32,000 nucleotides of DNA from assembly GCA_964457525.1 (NCBI GenBank), contig CAYWGS010000002.1, positions 1 to 32,000 on the forward strand, in the 5' to 3' direction. Position 1 is the first letter of the stretch. Each line of letters begins with the position of its first letter. The DNA comes from an uncultured Erysipelotrichaceae bacterium. GTDB taxonomy: Bacteria > Bacillota_I > Bacilli_A > Erysipelotrichales > Erysipelotrichaceae. Below, piece after piece: positions 17,904 through 26,708 of the stretch. A model generated the notes under the pieces. It was given only the letters and a program-made list of their open reading frames with translations, had not been told where the DNA came from and ran no database searches. The position numbers were made by a program, and so were the translations under genes.

Positions 17904-19702
17904 TATTCATCCATTGAAAGAACAGCCATGAATGCTTCTTGTGGTACTTCAACAGAACCCACTTGTTTCATGCGTTTCTTCCCTTCTTTTTGTTTCTCTA
18001 AGAGTTTCTTCTTACGTGAGACATCCCCACCATAACACTTCGCTAAGACATTCTTACGCAATGCTTTGATTTCACTACGAGCAATAATCTTATGATTAAT
18101 CGCCGCTTGAATAGGAATTTCAAATTGTTGGCGTGGAATGAGTGTTCTTAATTTCTCAGTAATAATCTTTCCACGTTGATACGCAAATTCACGGTGAACA
18201 ATGAGTGATAATGCATCGACTTGTTCAGAGTTAATCAAGATATCCATACGAACAAGATTACTTGCTTGATAACCAATGAATTCGTAGTCAAAGGATGCAT
18301 ACCCTTTTGTGGCTGATTTTAATTTATCAAAGAAATCATAAACAATTTCACCTAAAGGTAGTTCATAGACTAAACTATTACGAATTGGATCGATATAGAT
18401 TAAATCTTTATAGATCCCACGTTTCTTTTGAGCAATCTCCATAACCGCTCCAATGTATTCCTTTGGAACCATGATGGTTGCCTTTACATATGGCTCTTCC
18501 ATACGCTCAATGCGTTGAACATCCGGAAGTAAAGCAGGGTTATCCACCACAACCATTGAACCATCCGTTAAATAAACATGATAAACAACTGATGGAGCAG
18601 TCGCAATTAGAGTTAAGTTATATTCTCTCTCTAAACGTTCTTGAACTACATCCATATGCAATAGGCCTAAGAATCCACATCTAAATCCAAAGCCTAATGC
18701 TTGAGATGTTTCAGCTTCATATTTTAGAGATGCATCATTGAGTTGTAACTTCTCAAGAGCTTCACGTAAATCATTGTATCGATTCGCATCGACAGGATAG
18801 AGTCCACAGAAAACCATGGAATTTAGGATACGATAACCCGCTAGAGGTTCAGTCGCGGGATTGGTGGATAACGTAATGGTATCCCCTACATGCACATCCT
18901 TAACCGATTTAATACTTGCGGCAATCCAACCTACTTCACCGCATTCTAAACGATCTTTTTTAATTTCTTTTGGTGTACGTATGCCAAGTTCTGTCACTAA
19001 ATAGGTTGCGCCAGTTGCCATAAAGTGAATACTATCACCGACTTTAACACTACCATCTTTAATACGTACATAACAGATAACACCACGATAGGTATCGTAA
19101 ATAGAATCAAACACTAATGCTTTAAGCGGACCATTTGGATTGCCTTTTGGAGCTGGCACATGTTTTACGACTTGTTCTAAGACATCACGAACATTGAGTC
19201 CACTCTTAGCACTGATAAGTGGTGCTTCAGAGGCATCGAGTCCAATAAAGTTTTCAATTTCTTGACGAACCACTTCAGGCTGTGCTGCAGGTAGATCGAT
19301 TTTATTAATGACAGGTAATATTTCTAAATTATTATCGAGTGCTAAGTAGACATTCGCTAAAGTTTGAGCTTCAATCCCTTGAGCCGCATCCACTACTAAA
19401 ACAGCACCTTCACACGCTGCTAAAGAACGTGAGACTTCATAGGTAAAGTCGACATGCCCTGGTGTATCAATAAGATGAAGTGTATACGTTTCTCCATTTA
19501 GGGCAGTATATTGTAGCTGTACTGCATTAAGTTTAATTGTGATACCTCGTTCACGTTCTAAATCTAAGGTATCTAATATTTGTGCCATCATTTCACGTTC
19601 TTGAAGTGTTTCAGTCATTTCAAGGATACGGTCTGCCAGGGTTGATTTACCGTGGTCAATATGGGCAATAATGGAAAAATTTCGAATATGTGATTGATCC
19701 AT
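17903..19702 (-). CDS. lepA: translation elongation factor 4 (LepA)
   Basis: 599 aa with GTPase motifs [14 protein letters not shown] and NKID, plus the conserved LepA C-terminal domain. Confidence 0.97.
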   Translation of the reverse strand: MDQSHIRNFSIIAHIDHGKSTLADRILEMTETLQEREMMAQILDTLDLERERGITIKLNAVQLQYTALNGETYTLHLIDTPGHVDFTYEVSRSLAACEGAVLVVDAAQGIEAQTLANVYLALDNNLEILPVINKIDLPAAQPEVVRQEIENFIGLDASEAPLISAKSGLNVRDVLEQVVKHVPAPKGNPNGPLKALVFDSIYDTYRGVICYVRIKDGSVKVGDSIHFMATGATYLVTELGIRTPKEIKKDRLECGEVGWIAASIKSVKDVHVGDTITLSTNPATEPLAGYRILNSMVFCGLYPVDANRYNDLREALEKLQLNDASLKYEAETSQALGFGFRCGFLGLLHMDVVQERLEREYNLTLIATAPSVVYHVYLTDGSMVVVDNPALLPDVQRIERMEEPYVKATIMVPKEYIGAVMEIAQKKRGIYKDLIYIDPIRNSLVYELPLGEIVYDFFDKLKSATKGYASFDYEFIGYQASNLVRMDILINSEQVDALSLIVHREFAYQRGKIITEKLRTLIPRQQFEIPIQAAINHKIIARSEIKALRKNVLAKCYGGDVSRKKKLLEKQKEGKKRMKQVGSVEVPQEAFMAVLSMDE

Positions 19703-19715
19703 GGTGTTCCCTTTC

Positions 19716-20195
19716 TTATACGGAGTATATTTTCTTTAATCGAATTAACAATGGTTGTAGTGCAAAGGCTAAACTACCACACACTAAACCTTGAAAAATA
19801 TTATAGGAGAAGGAAGCCACAAAAATGGTCATCTCTCCTGTTAATAACACATCAGTTAAACCATATCCAATCGCCATCCAAACTCCTGCAAATAAGTAAG
19901 CCCATAAAGGCGCATTACCCTTTTTAAGCGCTAGATATGCGATGATTCCTGCTTCAATACCCTTAATAATTAAAGTGAAGATTGCGTATTGTCCATACCC
20001 TAATAATAGATCCGCAAGTGCAGCTCCTACCCCACCTAAAAGTGCATACGGTAAACCTAGGACAAAGCCCATACCCATAACTAATACATCTCCAAAGTTA
20101 AGATAACCTTGAAAGATATTGATTGAAGAGCCCATCGTTAATAAAGCGACCCCAGCAATAAAGACAGATATAAGTGCAATTTGCTTAACTTTCAT
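19716..20195 (-). CDS. ECF transporter S-component-like membrane protein (substrate unknown)
   Basis: About 159 aa from the ATG at 20195; the ORF track uses a TTG at 20204. There are five to six hydrophobic helices. The core [54 protein letters not shown] matches the pattern I recall for COG4720 / ECF-type S components. No ecfA or ecfT gene is in the window. Confidence 0.55.
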   Translation of the reverse strand: MKVKQIALISVFIAGVALLTMGSSINIFQGYLNFGDVLVMGMGFVLGLPYALLGGVGAALADLLLGYGQYAIFTLIIKGIEAGIIAYLALKKGNAPLWAYLFAGVWMAIGYGLTDVLLTGEMTIFVASFSYNIFQGLVCGSLAFALQPLLIRLKKIYSV

Positions 20196-21129
20196 ATGTA
20201 TCAAATGAATGATTGACCCATTGTTTACCCATGCCTTGATAAAAGGCTTGAGCGGTCATTCGATTCTTCCCTTCTACTTGTAATTCATGGATTAGGACTA
20301 CTCCATCTAACACTTTAATCGCAAGTCCATCATTAAATAAACCAAGTACTGTCCCAACCTTTGCGTCAGAAGTAATATCTGATTTACTTGCTTTAAATAG
20401 TTTAACTTTCTTATTTTCAAATACAGAATGTGCTACTGGCCATGGATTTAATCCTCGTATATGGTTAAGTACATTTCTCATCGAATTATTGAAGTTCACA
20501 AACTCTTCTTCAGATGTAATATTGTAAGAAAAAGTTACAAGTGATTCATCCTGTGGGATTGTTTTCAAATCTGGATTGAATAATTCAGATAAATATTTAA
20601 GAATCATTTCAGACCCTAAAATTTGAAGACGATCATGAAGAGTTCCAAAATCATCTTCTTCATGAATTGGGCAAGATTCTTGGAAAATAATATCCCCCGC
20701 ATCCATCTTCTTAACCATACGCATAATCGTAATACCAGACTCTGTTTCACCATTAATAATGGCCTTATGAATCGGTGCTCCACCACGATATTTAGGAAGT
20801 AAAGATGCATGAATATTAACTGACCCAAAGCGTGGCGTATTTAAGATACTTTCAGGGATAAACTGCCCATAAGCACAGGTTACGATGAGATCTAAATCAA
20901 GTGCTTTAAGATCTTCTAAACTCTCTTTTATTTTTTCTGGTTGTAGAACTGGAATACCCAAATTTAACGCTTTTTCCTTAACTGGAGTTGCTTGTAAAAT
21001 CTGTTTACGTCCTACCTTTTTATCGGGTTGTGATACAACTGCCACCACTTCCACATCACTTTGTACAAGAGCGTCCAAGATGGCTACTGCAAATTGGGGT
21101 GTGCCCATAAAACAAACTCGTTTTTTCAT
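20185..21129 (-). CDS. fmt: methionyl-tRNA formyltransferase
   Basis: I place the start at MKKRVCFMGTPQFAV (21129), preceded by AAGGAGGAAAAAGATG. It has the formyltransferase motif HASLLPKYRGGAPI and a C-terminal Fmt domain. Confidence 0.93.
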   Translation of the reverse strand: MKKRVCFMGTPQFAVAILDALVQSDVEVVAVVSQPDKKVGRKQILQATPVKEKALNLGIPVLQPEKIKESLEDLKALDLDLIVTCAYGQFIPESILNTPRFGSVNIHASLLPKYRGGAPIHKAIINGETESGITIMRMVKKMDAGDIIFQESCPIHEEDDFGTLHDRLQILGSEMILKYLSELFNPDLKTIPQDESLVTFSYNITSEEEFVNFNNSMRNVLNHIRGLNPWPVAHSVFENKKVKLFKASKSDITSDAKVGTVLGLFNDGLAIKVLDGVVLIHELQVEGKNRMTAQAFYQGMGKQWVNHSFDTYES

Positions 21130-21150
21130 CTTTTTCCTCCTTGCTTGCAT

Positions 21151-21159
21151 ATTATAGCA
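21151..21159 (-). promoter_or_regulatory. candidate extended -10 promoter of fmt
   Basis: The reverse complement reads TGCTATAAT, 21 nt upstream of the fmt ATG. The -35 is weak (GTGAAT-like). Confidence 0.45.
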
Positions 21160-21186
21160 TAGTTTCTTAATAATTCACTCACACAC

Positions 21187-21215
21187 TTGCAAAGGGTCTG
21201 GTTCTTTGCTATAAT
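21187..21215 (+). promoter_or_regulatory. rpsT promoter
   Basis: TTGCAA (21187-21192), a 17-nt spacer, then TGCTATAAT (21207-21215). The SD AAAGGAGGTG (21231-21240) and the ATG at 21246 follow. Confidence 0.6.
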
Positions 21216-21245
21216 GCATAAGGTCTATTAAAAGGAGGTGCACGC

Positions 21246-21509
21246 ATGCCACAAATTAAATCGCAAAAGAAACGCGCATTAACAAATCTTAAACGTAGCA
21301 CCGCAGTTACATCTGAAAAATCCGCATTAAAAACCGCCATCAAAAATGTCTTAAAAGCTGTAGTAGCTAAAGACGCAGATGCAGCTAAAGCCGCATATGA
21401 TTTGGCTAATTCTCGTTTGGATAAATCAGTTACTAGCGGTATTCATCATAAGAACTACGCTGCTCGTCAAAAAGCAAGATTGTCCAAAGCAATTAACTCT
21501 TTAAACTAA
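21246..21509 (+). CDS. rpsT: 30S ribosomal protein S20
   Basis: 87 aa. It is a basic, Ala/Lys-rich protein starting MPQIKSQKKRALTNLKR, typical of S20. This is the only plus-strand gene in the window. Confidence 0.93.
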   Translation: MPQIKSQKKRALTNLKRSTAVTSEKSALKTAIKNVLKAVVAKDADAAKAAYDLANSRLDKSVTSGIHHKNYAARQKARLSKAINSLN

Positions 21510-21533
21510 CAATCCAATTGGATTGTTTTTTTA
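21508..21533 (+). terminator. rho-independent terminator of rpsT
   Basis: AACAATCCA/TGGATTGTT is a perfect palindrome followed by TTTTT. It overlaps the rpsT stop codon. Confidence 0.8.
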
Positions 21534-21536
21534 TGC

Positions 21537-21566
21537 CTAAACAAAAGCCACTCATTTGAATGGCTT
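21537..21566 (-). terminator. terminator of the serine dehydratase gene
   Basis: The minus strand reads AAGCCA-(10-nt loop with 2 extra inner pairs)-TGGCTT followed by TTTGTTT. The stop codon at 21565-21567 overlaps the stem. Confidence 0.5.
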
Positions 21567-22782
21567 ATTCTTTTAAAGGATTAATATTGATTTCAGTCGC
21601 TAATCCACCGAGCGATGTTTCACGTAATTCTAATGCAATCTTTTTACCCGTATAATTCATCGTACGAACAACCATATCAAAGGATACACGATTCTGTTTA
21701 GCTTTACCAACAGTTTCAGCCATTAATACTGCATCTACCGCTCTTAATACAGCTGCTCCATTGCGTTCAATACATGGAATAATGACATACCCTCCAACTG
21801 GATCACAGGTTAAACCAAGATGATGTTCCATGGCGATTTCTGCCGCATACTCAATGAGTTCTAAGGATAATCCATTGATATACGCAAGAGCTGCCGCAGC
21901 CATTGAACACGCTGATCCAATTTCAGCTTGGCATCCTCCAACTGCTCCAGATATGGTCGCATTTTCTTTAATCACATTACCGAAAATACCCGCAACCATT
22001 AGAGCTTGAACCAATTTATGTTTTGATACACCAATGTCTGTATATAGATGATACATGAGTGCTGCTAAAACACCACTCGCCCCTAAGGTAGGTGCTGTCA
22101 CAACCAATCCACTCGACGCATTTTCTTCATTGTTCGCATAAGCATATGCCACAAGTTTCAATCGATTTTGAACGGCTGGATCATCTTTTGAACACGCTTG
22201 TAAGTAGAGTGATTTCGCAACACGTGGAATTTCCAATAAACCTGGAAGAATACCTGTTGTATTAATTCCCCTTCTGACTGCTTTAAACATTCCTTCTAAC
22301 ATCTCTTCTAAATGAGATTCTATGTCACTTTCATAGTGCATAACAAATTCAGGAATCCCATGATAGTTCGCTTTCACTTCATTCATGATTTCGGTTAGAG
22401 ATTGATGAGGATAGATTTGTTTCTGAAAGTCAAAATCTTCTTCTAACACTTTAATGCTTCCACCACCGAGTGAGAATACTGTCCATGAACCCAATAATGT
22501 ATTACGAATATCATAGGCTTTAAAAATTAATCCATTCTCAAAATGATGTTCCCAATTAAGTCTAAAGTAGATCTTACAGACTTTAGGTGAGAACGTACGA
22601 ATTAATATTTGATCCGTAAAATGTCCTTTACCCGTTAAGGATAATGATCCATACAACTCCACATCAAAACTCACCGCATCCGGATATTTTTCTTTAAATA
22701 AGATTGCGGCACGCCAAGGTGCTACAGTATGACTACTGCTTGGACCAGGTCCAATTTTATATAGTTCTCTCAATGATTCCAT
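21565..22782 (-). CDS. sdaA: L-serine ammonia-lyase (iron-sulfur dependent, single-chain beta+alpha form)
   Basis: 405 aa. It has the N-terminal GPGPSSSHT motif and the Fe-S/active-site region GGCQAEIGSAC...CDPVGGYVIIPCIERNG. The start ATG overlaps the holA stop (TAATG at 22780-22784). Confidence 0.85.
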   Translation of the reverse strand: MESLRELYKIGPGPSSSHTVAPWRAAILFKEKYPDAVSFDVELYGSLSLTGKGHFTDQILIRTFSPKVCKIYFRLNWEHHFENGLIFKAYDIRNTLLGSWTVFSLGGGSIKVLEEDFDFQKQIYPHQSLTEIMNEVKANYHGIPEFVMHYESDIESHLEEMLEGMFKAVRRGINTTGILPGLLEIPRVAKSLYLQACSKDDPAVQNRLKLVAYAYANNEENASSGLVVTAPTLGASGVLAALMYHLYTDIGVSKHKLVQALMVAGIFGNVIKENATISGAVGGCQAEIGSACSMAAAALAYINGLSLELIEYAAEIAMEHHLGLTCDPVGGYVIIPCIERNGAAVLRAVDAVLMAETVGKAKQNRVSFDMVVRTMNYTGKKIALELRETSLGGLATEININPLKE

Positions 22783-23753
22783 TAGTGTGTTGCCTCTATT
22801 AGAAATAATTCAAAGCCAAACTTCTTATCCACTAAACCTATTTTAGAACGATGATCATAATTCGCTAAATAATTGAGTATCCCTAGAATTCGATCAGGTG
22901 ATGTTTGACGAGCTAAGTTTAACATACGATTCAATCGATAGACATTTACATTATTCGCAGGCGATAACTTATTAATCATTTCTTGACGATGATAACCTTC
23001 TTTATCCAGTGTTGCGACTTGATAGAGTAAGCGTAGTTGACTTGCGATAAGTCCACTGAATGATAAGGGTTCCATATTAAGAATCATCATATCGTTATAA
23101 ATATGTAAGGCTTGTTTCAAATTCTTATCAAGTAATGCATTCACTAAGTGAAATGCCTCATTATCTAATGGTCGACTAATCAGTGCTTCCACATCATCCA
23201 AATTAATTTCACTTCCATACAACGCTAATTTCTCAGATTCATGATAACTAACGGACATGTTGTGATCCATACGCTTTAAGAATTCTTCAAATGCATCGCT
23301 ACTCATCTTAATCTTTCGTTCTTTTAAGAGACTTAACAAGAACTGTCTAAACTCATTGGATTCTAACTTCTTAACATGTTCTACTTCACACAACTCGAGT
23401 AATTTCTTTGTTATTTTCTTTTGTGTATCCAAATTATCATTATCATGCATAAAGATGAGTGTGCATGTTTCAACTGGTCTCGCTAAATGAGTCATAAGTT
23501 CATTAAGTTCTTGATCTTTCAGACTCACACCACGAGTAAGAAATAAACAATTTTGAATCACCAATACTTTATGTTCAGAGAAAAATGGTAAAGTCTGTGC
23601 TTCTTCTATCACTTTTAACATCGAAAAGGTCGAACTCGACGCATCATAAAAAACGGTATTCATTGTATCTTGTACATGTACCAATTCTTTAATCTTCTTT
23701 TGTAAGGCTTGATTGAGTAGAAACGACTCATTCCCATAGATTAATACATTCAT
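22782..23753 (-). CDS. holA: DNA polymerase III subunit delta
   Basis: 323 aa. The N-terminus MNVLIYGNESFLLNQ is typical of HolA. Its position after comEC and divergent from rpsT matches B. subtilis comEC-holA/rpsT as I recall it. Confidence 0.85.
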   Translation of the reverse strand: MNVLIYGNESFLLNQALQKKIKELVHVQDTMNTVFYDASSSTFSMLKVIEEAQTLPFFSEHKVLVIQNCLFLTRGVSLKDQELNELMTHLARPVETCTLIFMHDNDNLDTQKKITKKLLELCEVEHVKKLESNEFRQFLLSLLKERKIKMSSDAFEEFLKRMDHNMSVSYHESEKLALYGSEINLDDVEALISRPLDNEAFHLVNALLDKNLKQALHIYNDMMILNMEPLSFSGLIASQLRLLYQVATLDKEGYHRQEMINKLSPANNVNVYRLNRMLNLARQTSPDRILGILNYLANYDHRSKIGLVDKKFGFELFLIEATH

Positions 23754-23760
23754 ATATCAT

Positions 23761-23769
23761 ATTATACCA
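23761..23769 (-). promoter_or_regulatory. candidate extended -10 promoter (TGGTATAAT) 7 nt upstream of the holA ATG
   Basis: The reverse complement of 23761-23769 is TGGTATAAT. Only ATGATAT separates it from the ATG at 23753. No SD is present. Confidence 0.35.
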
Positions 23770-23848
23770 AAGAAAAATGACAGACAGAGAATTCCTTCAT
23801 AAGTTTTGGTTCATTATTCAGTTTATTTTATTCATTAAATTCTTATGA

Positions 23849-25741
23849 CTAAAACAGAACGATTCTATTAGGTTGTATCCATATAAAATCAAAGAATGGT
23901 GTAAAAACCAGTTGTATGTCCCCATCATCCATTGTATTAAAGTGTGTAACATAGTAATCATCTAATCGATTGAGTACTTCATCACTTGGATGGCCATAGT
24001 GATTCTTACCCACCCCAATAAGCGCAATCCTAGGTTGAATGAGTTGTAATAGCTCATCACTTGTAGATGTGTTAGATCCATGATGCCCTATTTTTAAGAT
24101 ATCTGCTCTTAAGAATGGATATGTATGTTTAAGTTTCATCTCTCCAAAAGTTGATAAATCTCCCATAAACAATAATTCTTTATTATGTATACTCAAATGA
24201 TAGATCTGAGATAAATCATTGTCTTCATCACTGAAAAGCTCTAATGGAAGATGATTTAATGTCATGGATTGTAAGTTAATATCTTTCCCTTTATAAATCA
24301 AATTATCAACTCGATACTCTTCAAGTAACTTATCTAAATTCCCACTATGATCTGAATCATCGTGACTGATTAAAAGGTAATCTATTTTATAAATCGATTG
24401 TGCTTTAAGATAGGTATTTAATGCATTCCACTGATAAGGTGATCCTGTATCTAATAAAATAACACTTTGATTAAAAGCCTGTTGGATTAAGATAGAATCC
24501 CCTTGTCCTACATTGATGAGCGTAACTGTTGGAAATAGAGGCAATGATAATAAAGGAATTGCGATAAATGTATACATCAAATAAATGTATGATTGATATT
24601 TCTTGTTATAGAGAAGTTGATAAACAATAAGAAAGATTAATATAAACATCACTGAAATATGACCCTTAAGTACAAATAAAGATTGCATAAATATAAACAA
24701 TGAATTCAAAGTATCTGTGAATACTAAACACCATTCTGTTAGTAAGGGAATAAATAAAGTAAGCGTAGTTAGATACAATGCACATCGATATAGAATATTT
24801 AGAATTGGAAAGCTGAGTAAATAAAGAATCGAATTCGATTGATTATACTGGGTTAATACAATGATTAGGATGATGAGTCTTTGTATATATTTCGATTTCA
24901 TAGGAAGAAATAAGGTAAAGAATTGAAATGCAATAGGTAGTACAAAAGCTAATTGAGTCAATCCATAGGGTGAAATAAAGGAACAAACTAGTATATTAAT
25001 ACTCAATCTAAGCATGCGATCGTGAAATAACTTTGTGCTTAAATAAAATACACAAACACGGACTAAACTAAGTGGATAACCTAGATAATAACCGATAATA
25101 ATAAATACGAATAAGATACAAATACTTTCAAGTTTTCGATTCTTAACCTTTAAGAAACACAATTCTATTGCTTTAATCAAACTTGAATAGATTAAACCTA
25201 GAGATAGGAATAATTCAAAAGACTTATCGGGTGTTGATTGAAATAAAAGTGATCGACTTAATGTTTTAAATTGAGGATTATCATTAAATCCACCTTGTGA
25301 TAACCAATGAAAGAACCCTTTACCTTCTATACGAAACGTATCACTCTCAAGTGCTTTATAACAGATGCCTCTTGATTGGTAATAATAAGATTGATTAAAT
25401 CCATAACGATGAAACGAAGTTTCCAATTCTTGTATATTGTAGATAATCACTTCATCTTGTAATGCATATTGCTCAACATCATTAACATTAATCAGCACAT
25501 TAGTTAATCGATGATTAACAAGGATCGATTGATTATTAATCTCAATTACTCTTCCCTTTTCTATGGGTTCACAAGGATTAAAGTTTAATCTAAATTGGAA
25601 TAATATAAATACTAAGATAATAACAGGTTTATATTTAAATGATTTGAATAGAATAAAAAATAGTAGTAAACAAATCGAGAGAGGATAAGAAAATAGACTC
25701 AAGTAAATGCAGAAAGAAAGAAATAATAGACCATTGATCAT
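23849..25741 (-). CDS. comEC: DNA internalization competence protein ComEC/Rec2
   Basis: 630 aa. It has an N-terminal OB-like region, a multi-pass competence domain and a C-terminal metallo-beta-lactamase domain ([30 protein letters not shown]). There is an ATGA overlap with comEA. Confidence 0.9.
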   Translation of the reverse strand: MINGLLFLSFCIYLSLFSYPLSICLLLFFILFKSFKYKPVIILVFILFQFRLNFNPCEPIEKGRVIEINNQSILVNHRLTNVLINVNDVEQYALQDEVIIYNIQELETSFHRYGFNQSYYYQSRGICYKALESDTFRIEGKGFFHWLSQGGFNDNPQFKTLSRSLLFQSTPDKSFELFLSLGLIYSSLIKAIELCFLKVKNRKLESICILFVFIIIGYYLGYPLSLVRVCVFYLSTKLFHDRMLRLSINILVCSFISPYGLTQLAFVLPIAFQFFTLFLPMKSKYIQRLIILIIVLTQYNQSNSILYLLSFPILNILYRCALYLTTLTLFIPLLTEWCLVFTDTLNSLFIFMQSLFVLKGHISVMFILIFLIVYQLLYNKKYQSYIYLMYTFIAIPLLSLPLFPTVTLINVGQGDSILIQQAFNQSVILLDTGSPYQWNALNTYLKAQSIYKIDYLLISHDDSDHSGNLDKLLEEYRVDNLIYKGKDINLQSMTLNHLPLELFSDEDNDLSQIYHLSIHNKELLFMGDLSTFGEMKLKHTYPFLRADILKIGHHGSNTSTSDELLQLIQPRIALIGVGKNHYGHPSDEVLNRLDDYYVTHFNTMDDGDIQLVFTPFFDFIWIQPNRIVLF

Positions 25742-26181
25742 AAACGAATAAAATCTTTAATCTTATTAAAGATGGATTGTTTAATCCCCTTAATAAGCAT
25801 AATATCTTCAAGTTTTTGAAAGAAACCATTTTCATTACGATACTCAATGATTCGTTGTGCAATATTTTCTCCAATGCCAGGAAGTTCAATGAGTTCTTCT
25901 AAGTTTGCTTGGTTGATGGATATGCGATTATCTGTGATGGGATAAAGAATGATCACATCATTGTTTTTTAAGATCATTTCAGGATTAAAACGATTCATAT
26001 CACATTCTACACATTCGATCTGATTAAGAATCACACTTAACTTTGAATAAAGAGGTATGGTGTAGCTTGTTGAGTGTTGGTTTAAATCAACTACATTAAC
26101 TGTAATGTTCTTATTTGTATTGGGTTCAATCGATTGAATACTACACCCAGATAATAATAAAAGTAGGACGAATTGTTTCAC
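25738..26181 (-). CDS. comEA: competence protein ComEA (helix-hairpin-helix DNA receptor), lipoprotein-type signal
   Basis: 147 aa with the C-terminal HhH region [37 protein letters not shown]. The N-terminal [13 protein letters not shown] forms a lipobox. The start codon is GTG (26179-26181). Confidence 0.85.
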   Translation of the reverse strand: MKQFVLLLLLSGCSIQSIEPNTNKNITVNVVDLNQHSTSYTIPLYSKLSVILNQIECVECDMNRFNPEMILKNNDVIILYPITDNRISINQANLEELIELPGIGENIAQRIIEYRNENGFFQKLEDIMLIKGIKQSIFNKIKDFIRL

Positions 26182-26216
26182 CCTACTTTATATGTGTTTA
26201 TTATGTTAAATCCTAA

Positions 26217-26684
26217 TTATTTGATGTCGATAATCTTAACGTATTCTCTTGGTTCGATCTCAACTTCGATTTCTTCATCACTTACCATACGGTCCATTAA
26301 TGCGACTGCAAGTGGTGTAACGTTAGATAACTTACCGTTTAGAGGATCTGCTTCAACAGAAGATACAATGGTATATGTTTCTTCGACTCCATCACGACCG
26401 AGAATGGTTACTTGCGCTCCAAGCTTAACAACTCTTGAACCACCTTGTACGTCGATGATTTCGATATTATTGAAGATATTTTCTAATTCACGAATACGAG
26501 CTTCTACACGAGCTTGACGATCACGAGCTGCATCATAGTCCGCATTTTCGGATAAGTCCCCTTGAGCACGTGCCGCTTGTAAGTCTTCAATAACTTCTTT
26601 ACGGACAACATGGATAAGATGTTCTTGTTCTCGTCTTAATTCATCAAAACCTTCTTGGGTTACTCTTACTTTTTCTTGTGCCAT
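26217..26684 (-). CDS. greA: transcription elongation factor GreA
   Basis: 155 aa with the GreA N-terminal coiled coil, including the conserved acidic tip (AQGDLSENADYDAA), and a C-terminal FKBP-like domain. The SD is AAGGAGA. Confidence 0.95.
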   Translation of the reverse strand: MAQEKVRVTQEGFDELRREQEHLIHVVRKEVIEDLQAARAQGDLSENADYDAARDRQARVEARIRELENIFNNIEIIDVQGGSRVVKLGAQVTILGRDGVEETYTIVSSVEADPLNGKLSNVTPLAVALMDRMVSDEEIEVEIEPREYVKIIDIK

Positions 26685-26708
26685 CTTATTATCTCCTTAA
26701 CTTGGGCA

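Noticed and set aside
23754-23848. Possible small gene (yqzM-like) in the 95-nt comEC-holA spacer
   Set aside because: The only ATG-initiated frames encode 5, 5 and 12 codons, and none has an SD. The direct repeat TGAATAA x2 is too short to interpret.
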